Notes under the pieces: model-generated
Told to the model about the DNA's origin: nothing
Seen by the model: the letters and a program-made list of their open reading frames with translations, nothing else
The model's database searches: none
Assembly: GCA_022449765.1 (NCBI GenBank)
Contig: JAKUPZ010000006.1
Location: 16,897-80,896 of the forward strand
Length of the DNA stretch: 64,000 nt
Source: Dehalococcoidia bacterium
Lineage (GTDB): Bacteria > Chloroflexota > Dehalococcoidia > Lucifugimonadales > Australimonadaceae
Direction: 5' to 3'
Program-made: the position numbers and the translations under genes
Shown here: positions 1 through 9,165 of the stretch, piece after piece
Layout: each line of letters starts with the position of its first letter
How positions within the stretch are numbered: position 1 is the stretch's first letter

Positions 1-242
1 CATTAGTGGGATTTTTCATGAGAAAAGCGGGGTTCCCTTTAATTACATTAATTATTGGGTTCGTGCTTGGCCATCTGGCCGAAGAGAAATTCACACAATC
101 CTTACAAATCTCTCAAGGCGACTACAGCATATTCTTCACAAGGCCAGTTTCTATAATTTTGCTTATAGCTATTGTTTCCATGCTTGGGTGGTCGCTCTAT
201 AGATCTGCCAACCCCGCGAGAGCTAACTCGGAGAGCAATTGA
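1..242 (+). CDS. tctA: TctA-family tripartite tricarboxylate transporter large permease, C-terminal end only (gene starts upstream of the window)
   Basis: The frame of ORF 6..242 is open to the window edge. The sequence ...IIGFVLGHLAEEKF..GDYSIFFTRPVSIILL... resembles the conserved TctA C-terminus. Confidence 0.7.
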   Translation, partial: LVGFFMRKAGFPLITLIIGFVLGHLAEEKFTQSLQISQGDYSIFFTRPVSIILLIAIVSMLGWSLYRSANPARANSESN

Positions 243-784
243 TGTCTAAGTACAAGCTTAACGGCATAAATCTATTAACCGAATTCTTTCTCATGGCAAT
301 AGCGCTAAGTATTGTACTAGGTGCTATAGCCTACGAAGGAAAGCAACAGCTAGTAGCTTGGGTGATTGGCTTCCCCACAATTGGGTTCCTCTTTATCTTG
401 ATAGTAGCTGAATTAGCACCTGGATTACTTAAGTTCACACGTGCATTTGGAGTTTCAGAAGATGATGCGCCCGAGCAGAATAACGCCGCCCAGATGGAAA
501 GCGGTACTTGGCGAAGAGTCGGCATCGTGTATGGCTGGCTTGTTGGCTATTTCATCAGCATTTTCCTACTGGGTTTTTACTTAGCCACGCCGATATTTCT
601 GATCGCTTTCTTAGCTATAGAATCAAAATTGAAACTATCTCGTGCATCCAGCGTAATGCTAGTTGCATTAATTCCATGTTTTATAGTATTCAGGCTAATT
701 CTTGACATCCCGCTTTGGCCAGGAATATTGCCAAAATTTATACCAGGTATTGTGGGCGGAGGATCTATTCCTCCTCTTACTTAG
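239..784 (+). CDS. small polytopic membrane protein, possibly a TctB-like transporter subunit
   Basis: Its start overlaps the tctA stop (TGATG). It has about 4 hydrophobic helices. I recognised no diagnostic motif. Confidence 0.4.
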   Translation: MMSKYKLNGINLLTEFFLMAIALSIVLGAIAYEGKQQLVAWVIGFPTIGFLFILIVAELAPGLLKFTRAFGVSEDDAPEQNNAAQMESGTWRRVGIVYGWLVGYFISIFLLGFYLATPIFLIAFLAIESKLKLSRASSVMLVALIPCFIVFRLILDIPLWPGILPKFIPGIVGGGSIPPLT

Positions 785-1337
785 CCATAGGTTTTATATA
801 ATCCTGAATCGCATCTGCTAATGGCATTACTTGGCTATGTAACACATTACGAATAATCCGTAATGCATATTCCTTAACTTCAAGGGGCTCATTTTCGCGA
901 TGTACCATAGTGCAGTCTTCAACTACTATGACTTTGTAGCGAAGTTGAAAGGCATCCGCAGAAGTCCAAAGCACCGTATTATCAGTCGAAGCTCCTGCAA
1001 TCAAAACCGTATCGCAATTCATTGTACGTAAAACATAGTCAAGATCATTGTAAGAAAACCCACTTAAGTATCTCTTGTAAACGATGGTGTCATTATCTAC
1101 GGGTTGAAGCTCAGGAATAACATCTACGGCATCAGTCTTTTCCTTCATTAAAACCTTATCCCAATCCCCAACATTATCGCTTTTCCGCCTCAGGGAATTA
1201 ACATGGATGACCGGCGCACCTGCTGCATGTGCCGCATCTTTTAATTCCTTAACTTTTGCTACCATTTCATAACCATAGCTTCCCGGTTCCCAACCGTAAC
1301 CTTTGGCCATATCTAAAATTATTACTGCCGTTTTCAT
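777..1337 (-). CDS. isochorismatase-family cysteine hydrolase
   Basis: 186 aa. The N-terminal AVIILDM motif and the ...VLIAGASTDNTVLWTSADA...VVVEDCT pattern are typical of isochorismatase-like hydrolases. Confidence 0.7.
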   Translation of the reverse strand: MKTAVIILDMAKGYGWEPGSYGYEMVAKVKELKDAAHAAGAPVIHVNSLRRKSDNVGDWDKVLMKEKTDAVDVIPELQPVDNDTIVYKRYLSGFSYNDLDYVLRTMNCDTVLIAGASTDNTVLWTSADAFQLRYKVIVVEDCTMVHRENEPLEVKEYALRIIRNVLHSQVMPLADAIQDYIKPMAK

Positions 1338-1341
1338 TATT

Positions 1342-2220
1342 TCACTCCCGAGTCAATTCTCGAAATTTCTCAATCATTTCAATATGCTGATCAACGTGTG
1401 TTAGCCCTGAGTGGAGAGAATTCGCTGCAATATGAGTCGCCCCCCATTCAGACCAGGTATTAAAATCAATCAACGCCTGATCAAAACCGTTCTGCAGTCG
1501 TATTCGCGCATCTATTCCAACATCTTCCGTTTTACGATTTGCGTCGAAAACATACTGCCTAAACTTATTCAAAATTTCTCTACCTTGGTCGTTAGGGGGG
1601 ACTTGAGGCATCCATCCATCACCTAATCGAGCAATTCTCTTAAGTACGGTGTCCGTCTTCCCTCCTCCAAACCATATTGGGATGGGTCGTTGCACGGGCA
1701 TAGGACGCAATCCGGCGTGGTCAATAGTGTGCCATTTGCCATGGAAATCAACTACTTCGTTTGTCCACAGCAATCGAAGTAGTTCAATTTGCTCCTCTGA
1801 TCGTTTTCCTCGATCTCTAAAGTTTTCACCAAGAGCTTCAAATTCAACTTCATTCCAGCCAACTCCAATTCCTAATCGGAGTCTGCCACCACTAAGTAAA
1901 TCCACCTGCGCAGCCTGCTTTGCCACGAGTGCAGTCTGACGTTGAGGCAAAATCAATATAGAGGTAGTTAATTCTATTTTTTCAGTTACGGCAGCCAAGT
2001 ATCCAAATGTAACAAGTGGTTCATGGAATGTATCTAAATGAGTGTAAGGTCCTGCCCAATCCAGTCGATTGGAAGTGTCAGCTCCTAAAACATGATCGTA
2101 ATAAACCAAATAATCGTAGCCCAAGCCCTCTGCCGCCTGGGCAAATGCTTTGACTGCTCCAGAATCGTCCCCTATTTCATTTTGTGGAAAAACAGCTCCA
2201 ATTCGCAAACCAGCCTCCAT
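1342..2220 (-). CDS. luciferase-like monooxygenase (LLM) class oxidoreductase, probably F420-dependent
   Basis: 292 aa. It shows LLM-family features (GYDYLVYYDHV, LILPQR, GRLRLGIGVGW, PIWFGG). Confidence 0.7.
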   Translation of the reverse strand: MEAGLRIGAVFPQNEIGDDSGAVKAFAQAAEGLGYDYLVYYDHVLGADTSNRLDWAGPYTHLDTFHEPLVTFGYLAAVTEKIELTTSILILPQRQTALVAKQAAQVDLLSGGRLRLGIGVGWNEVEFEALGENFRDRGKRSEEQIELLRLLWTNEVVDFHGKWHTIDHAGLRPMPVQRPIPIWFGGGKTDTVLKRIARLGDGWMPQVPPNDQGREILNKFRQYVFDANRKTEDVGIDARIRLQNGFDQALIDFNTWSEWGATHIAANSLHSGLTHVDQHIEMIEKFRELTRE

Positions 2221-2242
2221 AAAAAGGGGAATTATCAGTTGG

Positions 2243-2319
2243 TGGTACCCCCAGCGGGATTCGAACCCGCGATCTCCACCTTGAAAGGGTGGCGTCCTAG
2301 GCCGCTAGACTATGGGGGC
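2243..2319 (-). tRNA. tRNA-Glu (anticodon UUC)
   Basis: The reverse complement reads GCCCCCATAGTCTAGCGG...CCACCCTTTCAAGGTGG...GGTTCGAATCCCGCTGGGGGTACCA. It forms a cloverleaf with anticodon loop CU-UUC-AA and an encoded CCA. Confidence 0.9.
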
Positions 2320-2337
2320 GTGATTTTAATTTACTCC

Positions 2338-3372
2338 CTAAGGATATATTGCCAACTGCTCCAATCCCATGGTTTCAGGTAATCCAAACATTATATTCAT
2401 ATTTTGCACAGCCTGGCCGGCAGCTCCCTTGACGAGGTTATCAAGTACAGAAAACACTACCACCTTCCCTGTTCTTTTATCCACTGTAGGGTATATCAAG
2501 CAATCATTATTGCCCCAGGTCTGTTTTGTCTGCGGAGGAGCATCCATTATGTGTACGAAGTCATCAGCAGCATAATGGTCTCTGAAAATTTGTATAACCT
2601 CAGTGGAAGCCTGTTCCGGCGACAATTTCATTTTATCATTAAATGAGGCATATATAGTGTCATGTATACCTCTCGTCATAGGAATTAAATGTGGCTGGAA
2701 AATAGTTTTGGGCTCGAAATTGTCTTTCAATTTTCTGAGCTCTTGGTTTATTTCAGGTAAATGTCTATGACCGGCAATTGAGTAAGCCATCACATTTTCA
2801 TTAACTTCCGAAAAATGAGTAGACATGCTTAATCCGCGACCTGCCCCAGATACACCAGATTTACAATCTATAATTATCTGCTCTTCAATTAACCCAAGTG
2901 AAACTAAAGGCGCCAATCCAAGCAGAGCTGCCGTAGGGTAGCAACCTGGGTTTGCAATAACTTGTGAATCTTTAATCAACGTACGATTAAGCTCAGGGAG
3001 TCCGTAGACTGATGACTCAAGTAAATCAGGCGCAGGGTGCTTCACCCCGTACCATTCGAGGTATTCCAATGAGTCTTTTAGTCGAAAATCTGCAGAGATG
3101 TCAATTACTTTTACACCACCCCGAATATATGGAATACATGCCTCAGCAGACGCAACTTGCGGCAATGCTGAAAAGACTATATCTACACTTTGAGTAATTT
3201 CGGGCTCAATTGGCAAAATTGTACGTGCCAAATGAGGCAATGCTTTTGCAAGCTCCTCACCTGCCTGGCTACGACCTGTAATACTGACAATTTCTGCCTC
3301 AGGATGACGATACAAAATCCTGGCAAGCTCAATACCTGCATAGCCCGTAACATTTATAATCCCTATTTTCAT
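2338..3372 (-). CDS. argC: N-acetyl-gamma-glutamyl-phosphate reductase
   Basis: 344 aa. It has an N-terminal Rossmann motif (IGIINVTGYAGIEL) and the active-site motif NPGCYPTA. Confidence 0.9.
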   Translation of the reverse strand: MKIGIINVTGYAGIELARILYRHPEAEIVSITGRSQAGEELAKALPHLARTILPIEPEITQSVDIVFSALPQVASAEACIPYIRGGVKVIDISADFRLKDSLEYLEWYGVKHPAPDLLESSVYGLPELNRTLIKDSQVIANPGCYPTAALLGLAPLVSLGLIEEQIIIDCKSGVSGAGRGLSMSTHFSEVNENVMAYSIAGHRHLPEINQELRKLKDNFEPKTIFQPHLIPMTRGIHDTIYASFNDKMKLSPEQASTEVIQIFRDHYAADDFVHIMDAPPQTKQTWGNNDCLIYPTVDKRTGKVVVFSVLDNLVKGAAGQAVQNMNIMFGLPETMGLEQLAIYP

Positions 3373-3388
3373 AGCTCTCCAAACACCA

Positions 3389-4318
3389 TCAGATCAATTT
3401 CTGATGAAACGGATTTACGATATATTCTGATAATAATGCCATTTGATCATGGATCTCATCAAACCCACATGCAGGGTTAAATACAAATTTAGTAGCACCT
3501 GCTTCAATGTACTGCTTCAATCGATCCATAACCTGAGATGAAGTACCTAGTAAATTTAAATCCTCAAGAGGGACATCAGTCCTTCGTTTCAGTAAAAATT
3601 TTTCTTTAATTAAGTCAGGAACATGACCAGTTTTTGAAATATAACAACTGATTTGAAGGCCGAAATGATCTTGAGGAATTGTTCTTCCCGCTTCATTTGC
3701 GTACAAATTTATCTTCGAAACACCTACACGAAATTCGGCAGGTGTTAGCTGGGTAGGTAGCCAGCCATCACCCAATCTACCTGTTCTTCGCAAACCAGCC
3801 TCTGATCTGCTACCTATCCATATTGGAAGATTTTGCTGAAAAGGATGAATACCTATGGAAGCATTATCAAGTTTTAAAAACTCACTTTCGTAGGTAACAG
3901 TATCCTTCGCCCATAATTCTCTCATCACTTGAATTGCCTCGTCCAATCGGCGGCCGCGATCTTGCTTCCGTACACCCATTGCCTCATATTCTGCAAGCGC
4001 TTCTTGGCCTACTCCAACTCCGACAACCAGTCTTCCATTTGATAGATTATCTAAAGTTGCAAGTTCCCTAGCCATAGTAACTGGGCTTCTCACAGACATC
4101 AGTAATACGCCAGTTCCAAATTTCAGCTTATTAGTCCTACCGCTAATCATGGACATGCCAACAATAGGGTCGATTCTCAATGTAGGTCCGACTATTCTGT
4201 CTGAAAACCAGATGGAGTCCCACCCTTGAGCCTCGGCCTCATCGACGTAAGACAAAAAGGCATCCCTACCTTCTTTTGCGACGACCGAAACTCCTGACAA
4301 TCCAATTTTTATTGACAC
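3389..4318 (-). CDS. LLM class oxidoreductase (F420- or FMN-dependent)
   Basis: 309 aa with LLM motifs (WDSIWFSDR, GRLVVGVGVG, PIWIGS, LGDGW). It has a GTG start preceded by AAGAGG. Confidence 0.7.
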   Translation of the reverse strand: MSIKIGLSGVSVVAKEGRDAFLSYVDEAEAQGWDSIWFSDRIVGPTLRIDPIVGMSMISGRTNKLKFGTGVLLMSVRSPVTMARELATLDNLSNGRLVVGVGVGQEALAEYEAMGVRKQDRGRRLDEAIQVMRELWAKDTVTYESEFLKLDNASIGIHPFQQNLPIWIGSRSEAGLRRTGRLGDGWLPTQLTPAEFRVGVSKINLYANEAGRTIPQDHFGLQISCYISKTGHVPDLIKEKFLLKRRTDVPLEDLNLLGTSSQVMDRLKQYIEAGATKFVFNPACGFDEIHDQMALLSEYIVNPFHQKLI

Positions 4319-4667
4319 GACTACCTCTTAAGGCACCATATTATAGTAGAAAAATATGGGAGAAAACTAAGTGCCCCGGCCGTAGCCGAGGCACCCATCC
4401 TAATCCTTTTTGTCTAGCAATCTATCCAAAAAGGCGCACCCTGCTGCAACTCCCACTGGAACCCCCATCTGAGTTCCCTGGAAACATCGAGGGGCGACCG
4501 ATATCGACCAGTCGGTCCCTACAGATGAGCAGCGGGTGAAGCAGCAGTGCTAGGTAATGATGTTGACACTACTAGATCACCCCCTTTCTGCAGCCTATCG
4601 CTGCAGTTTTATCTTAGGCTTATCGGTAATCTCTGCCAAGTCTGGTTGCATGGCAATTTACGCATTT
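4319..4667 (-). promoter_or_regulatory. long structured leader or unassigned ncRNA region upstream of the LLM gene; the strand is uncertain
   Basis: This 349-nt gap holds at least five stable hairpins:
- GTGCC-CCGGCCGTAGCCGA-GGCAC at 4371..4394;
- CCTTTTTG...CAAAAAGG at 4404..4433;
- GGAAC...GTTCC at 4458..4477;
- GACCGA...TCGGTC at about 4496..4517;
- CTGCAG-CCTATCG-CTGCAG at 4588..4606.
The minus strand carries a sigma70-like TTGGCA-N17-TAAGAT (complement of 4611..4639). The 4371..4394 hairpin is followed on the minus strand by UUAGUUUUCU, just ahead of the SD of the LLM gene. Confidence 0.3.
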
Positions 4668-5189
4668 TTAGTACATTTTTGTAAGCCAATTGATTAAATG
4701 TGAGCGCGTAGCAGATATCCTGTGTAGTAGCATTCCTTTTTTAGGCCCACAACGTTTACAGTAAATTCGCGGTTTCACTATCAAGCGTATAAATCGCAAA
4801 TTGCAATTTGGACATTCCAATCCCTTATATATCTTTGTGCTATTTGAGAAATCAATGTTTGCAGGAAGAGAAGCTGACGTTGCCCGAGGCCTAGCTCCTA
4901 GATATCCAGCCCATTGCTTCCATTTTAGGCCGTGTGGGTTTTGGGAATTATTGCCTAATGCAATATGTGCAAGTTCGTGCCGCAAAGTTTCTTCTGCTTG
5001 CTCTAAGCTCAGCCAAGCAGAGAGTTTTATTTTTCTTTCATTCAAATATGCCTTGCCTAATACTCTTTTAAAGCGCGTTGACCATTCCACTACTGGCATC
5101 GGAAGTATCTGATACTCCATACATAGAGTTATCAAAAGTTCGTCTATTCGATTCTTGATGGCACTAGATGGGTAATCGATTTTACTCAT
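4668..5189 (-). CDS. SprT-like zinc metalloprotease domain protein with a C-terminal zinc ribbon
   Basis: It has an HELAH (HExxH) motif, the SprT-like pattern KAYLNERKIKLS, and CPNC...CKRC cysteine pairs. Confidence 0.65.
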   Translation of the reverse strand: MSKIDYPSSAIKNRIDELLITLCMEYQILPMPVVEWSTRFKRVLGKAYLNERKIKLSAWLSLEQAEETLRHELAHIALGNNSQNPHGLKWKQWAGYLGARPRATSASLPANIDFSNSTKIYKGLECPNCNLRFIRLIVKPRIYCKRCGPKKGMLLHRISATRSHLINWLTKMY

Positions 5190-5971
5190 AGGGGCTTGTA
5201 GTTCAATGTCTTTGTTACGGACCTCGTATCATTTTTCGTAATGAGTTTCTCTCTTGATGGGCATTGTCCATTAAGCGGGCAAATATAACATAGTGGCCGG
5301 AGTGCTTTGCATATTTCCCGTCCGTGCGAAATTAAAAAAACATGAAAATTGAGCACTCTGTCTGGCTTCACCCATTTTTCCAATAAATCATGAGCCTGAT
5401 CTGCGGTAACTTTTGGTCCAATTAGAGCCAGCCTTTTAGAAACTCTATATATATGTGTATCTACTGCCATTGCAGGCTGATTTAATGAAAACGATAAAAC
5501 GACACCTGCAGTTTTTGGACCTACGCCCGGAATTTCACGGAGCCATGACTTGGCCAAATCAAGGTTCCAGCTAGACAGAAATGCAATATCAAATCCACCT
5601 GTCCGCTGATAAATAGAATGTAGTGCTATTTGAATTCTAGGGGCTTTTTGTTGAGCTAGTCCCCCGCTTCTGATAACTGATACAAGCTGATCAGTTGGTG
5701 CATCAAGTACTTCCTGCCAAGAGTTATACTTATCTGCCAATGCTGTAAATGCTTTTTCTGCATTGATGTCAGATGTATGTTGCGACAGAATTGTCCAGAT
5801 CAGTTCTGAAGTAGGATCCATTCGCCTAGCTTTATCCGGAATACCATAATGACCTGCGAGTATGTCGTAGACTTCGTCAACTGAATAAGGTTTTATTCCA
5901 TTAACACTACGGGGCCGTAGTACTTTCCTACGCCTTGCGCTAGTTTTCGGATCACCCATCGGTATTCTCAA
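5186..5971 (-). CDS. endonuclease III-like HhH-GPD DNA glycosylase with a 4Fe-4S cluster loop
   Basis: It has the helix-hairpin-helix LREIPGVGPKTAGVVLSF and the C-terminal cluster loop CKALRPLCYICPLNGQC. The start may instead be the internal Met at 5959. Confidence 0.75.
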   Translation of the reverse strand: MRIPMGDPKTSARRRKVLRPRSVNGIKPYSVDEVYDILAGHYGIPDKARRMDPTSELIWTILSQHTSDINAEKAFTALADKYNSWQEVLDAPTDQLVSVIRSGGLAQQKAPRIQIALHSIYQRTGGFDIAFLSSWNLDLAKSWLREIPGVGPKTAGVVLSFSLNQPAMAVDTHIYRVSKRLALIGPKVTADQAHDLLEKWVKPDRVLNFHVFLISHGREICKALRPLCYICPLNGQCPSREKLITKNDTRSVTKTLNYKPL

Positions 5972-6575
5972 GATGTGAAATGTCTCTAAATGCCTCCAGT
6001 ACTATAGAGTCAGAAGAAATATTTAATATTGTCATTGATGCTAGGGGCGCCTTTAAATAATCTTGTTTGTGCTCAGAGTCAGGAAGTCCAAGAGCAATTG
6101 AAGCTGCGATTCTGATCGGTGAGTCATGGGTAGCAGCCAAAACAGTCTCGCCCTGATGAGACTGTTTTATCTTTCTAATAAATTTGTTCATTCGCAAACG
6201 TAAGTTGGCTAAATTTTCCCCGTTCTCAAATGTTACTGTCTCAGGAGCGTCTCGCCATTGCTCAAATAAACCAGGAGCTGCTTCTTTAACATCCGCAATA
6301 AACGCACCGGCAAAACGACCGTAATCTAAATCTTTTAGGAGGCTACTCTGGCGAACCCTTATTCCGAGTAATCCTGCTGTGTACCTTGCAGTCTGCCTAG
6401 CGCGTAGAGCAGGGCTCGCATAAACCTGCGTAATAGGTTCATTAACTAAACGTTGTGCAAGAGCGGAGGCTTGAATACAACCTATCCGGTCGAGACTTCC
6501 GCCACCTTGTACACGGCCTTCTGCATTCCATGCAGTTTGGCCATGCCGAACCAAGATTAATCTTACGTCTTTCAT
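5952..6575 (-). CDS. histidine phosphatase family protein (phosphoglycerate mutase-like)
   Basis: It has the LVRHGQTAWN catalytic RHG motif and a downstream H in ATHDSPIR. Confidence 0.75.
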   Translation of the reverse strand: MKDVRLILVRHGQTAWNAEGRVQGGGSLDRIGCIQASALAQRLVNEPITQVYASPALRARQTARYTAGLLGIRVRQSSLLKDLDYGRFAGAFIADVKEAAPGLFEQWRDAPETVTFENGENLANLRLRMNKFIRKIKQSHQGETVLAATHDSPIRIAASIALGLPDSEHKQDYLKAPLASMTILNISSDSIVLEAFRDISHLENTDG

Positions 6576-7228
6576 AAATATTCCCGTATATTCACACCGT
6601 AACGCGCTTCAAATTCTTTTTTCTTCTCGGAGAGGAATTGTTGGTATTCTGCAGATACTAAATCTGGAGTCGTCATGATCACAGCGTCTTCATTATTATC
6701 TGAATAGTACCTTCTACGCATCCCAGCTTCAAAAAATCCGTATTTTGCATACAAAGCTTTAGCGATTTCGTTTGACACTCGCGCTTCAAGCGTCACCACT
6801 TGAGACGAGCGTGCTGCACCAAGTTCTAGCGACCCGATAAGAAGTAACTCGCCAATACCTTGACCTCGATATTCTTCTCTAACAGCAACTGTAACAATGT
6901 GAGCCTCACCGCCCATATACCAAATACCAAGAAATCCAACGACTAATCTTTTTTTAACGGTGATTGGAGGGAGGTTCTTGCGAAAGAGCCGCCGCCAATC
7001 TTTACGCTGCCTCTGAACAGTAAGGTACTCACCATCACGGATGCAAACTATATACTCTGCTACCTTATTAACGATCTCTTTACGATAAGAAGTAGGAGGC
7101 CATAAAGTAGGGAAAGACACACGCTCGATACTTGAAACCTGATCAAGATCGTCTATTGACATCGGACGCAGTGAATAAGCAAACGACAATATATTTTTTT
7201 GATTTATTTTACCTGCCATACCTACCAC
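6572..7228 (-). CDS. rimI: GNAT acetyltransferase, ribosomal-protein-alanine N-acetyltransferase-like
   Basis: The N-terminus LRPMSIDDLDQVSSIERVSFPTLWP and the acetyl-CoA motif VREEYRGQGIGELLL are RimI-like. It carries an insertion relative to typical RimI proteins of about 150 aa. Confidence 0.6.
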   Translation of the reverse strand: MVGMAGKINQKNILSFAYSLRPMSIDDLDQVSSIERVSFPTLWPPTSYRKEIVNKVAEYIVCIRDGEYLTVQRQRKDWRRLFRKNLPPITVKKRLVVGFLGIWYMGGEAHIVTVAVREEYRGQGIGELLLIGSLELGAARSSQVVTLEARVSNEIAKALYAKYGFFEAGMRRRYYSDNNEDAVIMTTPDLVSAEYQQFLSEKKKEFEARYGVNIREYL

Positions 7229-7368
7229 AAAAATAAACTGAGTTGATGAGATTGTAAGGTAATACGTCTTTCTAGCAATTCCCTTTAGGGTGTATTTGCT
7301 CTATATTTATTCCATCAATCATTTCGACTCGAAGTCAACTGTGATGAAATTTCGAATGGGTATCATGG

Positions 7369-9165
7369 GTGCACATGAAGATCCTTTGGCGAATCACGAA
7401 GATCGCTGCCCTTGAACGTTCCCGCATGGCTGGAGCATGGGCCTCACTAATAGTTGCGACTATTCTATTTCTTTCCATACCTAGGCTCATAGGATTTTCA
7501 ATTGATTATGCAATTAGTGAAGGTGCTGACGAGCAACAAAGCACTCGTGTACTCGTGTACCTCGGCGCTATCGTTATTGGCGTAGTAGCGCTAAGAGGTA
7601 TCTTCAATTATGCAAATCTTTACCTCGCAGAATCAGTTTCTCAGCATGTTTCATACACAATACGAAACATGCTTTACGACAAGCTGCAACATCTGAGTTT
7701 TGCCTTCCACGATCGAGAGCACACTGGAAACTTAATGTCCAAATCGACTATTGATGTCGAAATGATGAGGATGTTTGTGAGTATGGGATTGGTACGATCA
7801 GGCCAAATCACCATGCTTGTTATTGGCTCTGCAGTAATGATGTTCTTAACAGATGTAGAATTGGCGTTAATTAGCCTTTCTTTTGTACCTGTGATTGCAG
7901 CCCGTGCAATATACGCTAGCACCCGAATGAGGAAGATGTGGTTACAAGCGCAAGTTGAGATGGGCAAACTCACTACCGTACTACAGGAGAATTTAGCCGG
8001 CCAAAGAGTTGTAAAAGCATTCGGTGCAGAGGAGCACGAAGAAAACAAATTTGACTATCAAAACGAAGCAGTTTACGAAACTACTTACATCGCTAGAAGA
8101 GCGCAGTCATCCAATAGCGCATTAATGCAAATTATCTTCTGGGCGTCCTCGGGTGTAATACTTTGGTTCGGCGGAAGGGCTGTGATAGATGAACGTATAA
8201 CCATAGGTGCGCTGGCAGAGTTCATTCTTTACACAAGCCTTTTAGTTCAACCAATGCGAATGGTAGGTTTCCTAGTCAACACATTCGCTAGAGCTGCATC
8301 TGCGGGTCAAAGACTTTTTGAAGTTCTAGATGCCCCTTCGCCGGTAAGAGAAAAAGACGATCCTCATACTTTAAGTAATGTTCATGGCTCAGTTTCATTC
8401 GATAATGTGACCTTTTCTTACGGCAATGCTGATGCAATTAAAAACGTCAGTCTCAATGTTTCACCAGGTCAAGTAATAGCTCTCATGGGTGCTCCAGGGT
8501 CAGGTAAAACTACGCTTATGAGCTTATTATCCAGATTCTATGATGTGAATGACGGTGCAATTTGCGTAGATGGAATCGACGTCAGGGAAATAAGCTTGTC
8601 TTCTTTACGTTCCAACATTGGGGTTGTGCAACAAGATGTATTTTTATTCAGTGCGACAGTAGCCGAAAATATTTCCTATGGCCATGAAAATGCAACAATG
8701 GATGAGATTATTCAGGCGGCAAAAACTGCCCAAATTCATGATGAAATCGTCGCCCTTCCAGATGGATACGAAACAGTTATTGGCGAAAGAGGAGTTTCCC
8801 TGTCTGGTGGTCAGCGGCAACGACTCTCAATCGCACGTACACTAGCAATAAATCCTGCAATCCTCATTCTTGATGATTCCACGTCAAGTGTAGATGCAGG
8901 GACTGAATCGCGGATTCAAAAAGCGTTATCAGAAGTCATCAAAGGAAGAACAACCTTCATTATCGCCCATCGTTTGTCATCAATTCAAAATGCCGAATTA
9001 GTAGTTGTAATGGAGGAAGGAAAGATTGCGGAAACGGGAACTCCAGACGAATTAATCGTGGCTGGAGGGTTATTCACAAAAGTTACTGAGCTTCAATATG
9101 CAACTAACTTGAATGGAATATCTACAACTCCTTCAAGCGTAGGCAGCAGGGGTACCTCCTCATGA
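7369..9165 (+). CDS. ABC exporter, fused permease and ATPase (type I exporter half-transporter)
   Basis: It has an N-terminal 6-TM domain, Walker A GAPGSGKTT, signature LSGGQRQR and Walker B ILILDD. Confidence 0.85.
   Translation: MHMKILWRITKIAALERSRMAGAWASLIVATILFLSIPRLIGFSIDYAISEGADEQQSTRVLVYLGAIVIGVVALRGIFNYANLYLAESVSQHVSYTIRNMLYDKLQHLSFAFHDREHTGNLMSKSTIDVEMMRMFVSMGLVRSGQITMLVIGSAVMMFLTDVELALISLSFVPVIAARAIYASTRMRKMWLQAQVEMGKLTTVLQENLAGQRVVKAFGAEEHEENKFDYQNEAVYETTYIARRAQSSNSALMQIIFWASSGVILWFGGRAVIDERITIGALAEFILYTSLLVQPMRMVGFLVNTFARAASAGQRLFEVLDAPSPVREKDDPHTLSNVHGSVSFDNVTFSYGNADAIKNVSLNVSPGQVIALMGAPGSGKTTLMSLLSRFYDVNDGAICVDGIDVREISLSSLRSNIGVVQQDVFLFSATVAENISYGHENATMDEIIQAAKTAQIHDEIVALPDGYETVIGERGVSLSGGQRQRLSIARTLAINPAILILDDSTSSVDAGTESRIQKALSEVIKGRTTFIIAHRLSSIQNAELVVVMEEGKIAETGTPDELIVAGGLFTKVTELQYATNLNGISTTPSSVGSRGTSS

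Noticed and set aside
4276-4539. An 87-aa plus-strand ORF across the structured intergenic region.
   Set aside because: It overlaps the LLM gene start in antisense. It is Pro/Arg/Ser-rich with no SD, and it coincides with hairpin-rich sequence. It is most likely non-coding.
4340-4610. Assignment of the structured region to a known RNA family: cobalamin, SAM-I, FMN or T-box riboswitch, SRP RNA, 6S, tmRNA or RNase P.
   Set aside because: I found only partial look-alikes, for example CCCGCTGCTCATCTGTAGGGA against the cobalamin CCCGCAACUGUA core, and GAAGCAGCAG against the SRP helix 8. The defining boxes are absent: B12 box, SRP GGAA tetraloop context, RNase P GAGGAAAGUCC and the tmRNA T-arm. 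It is left unassigned.
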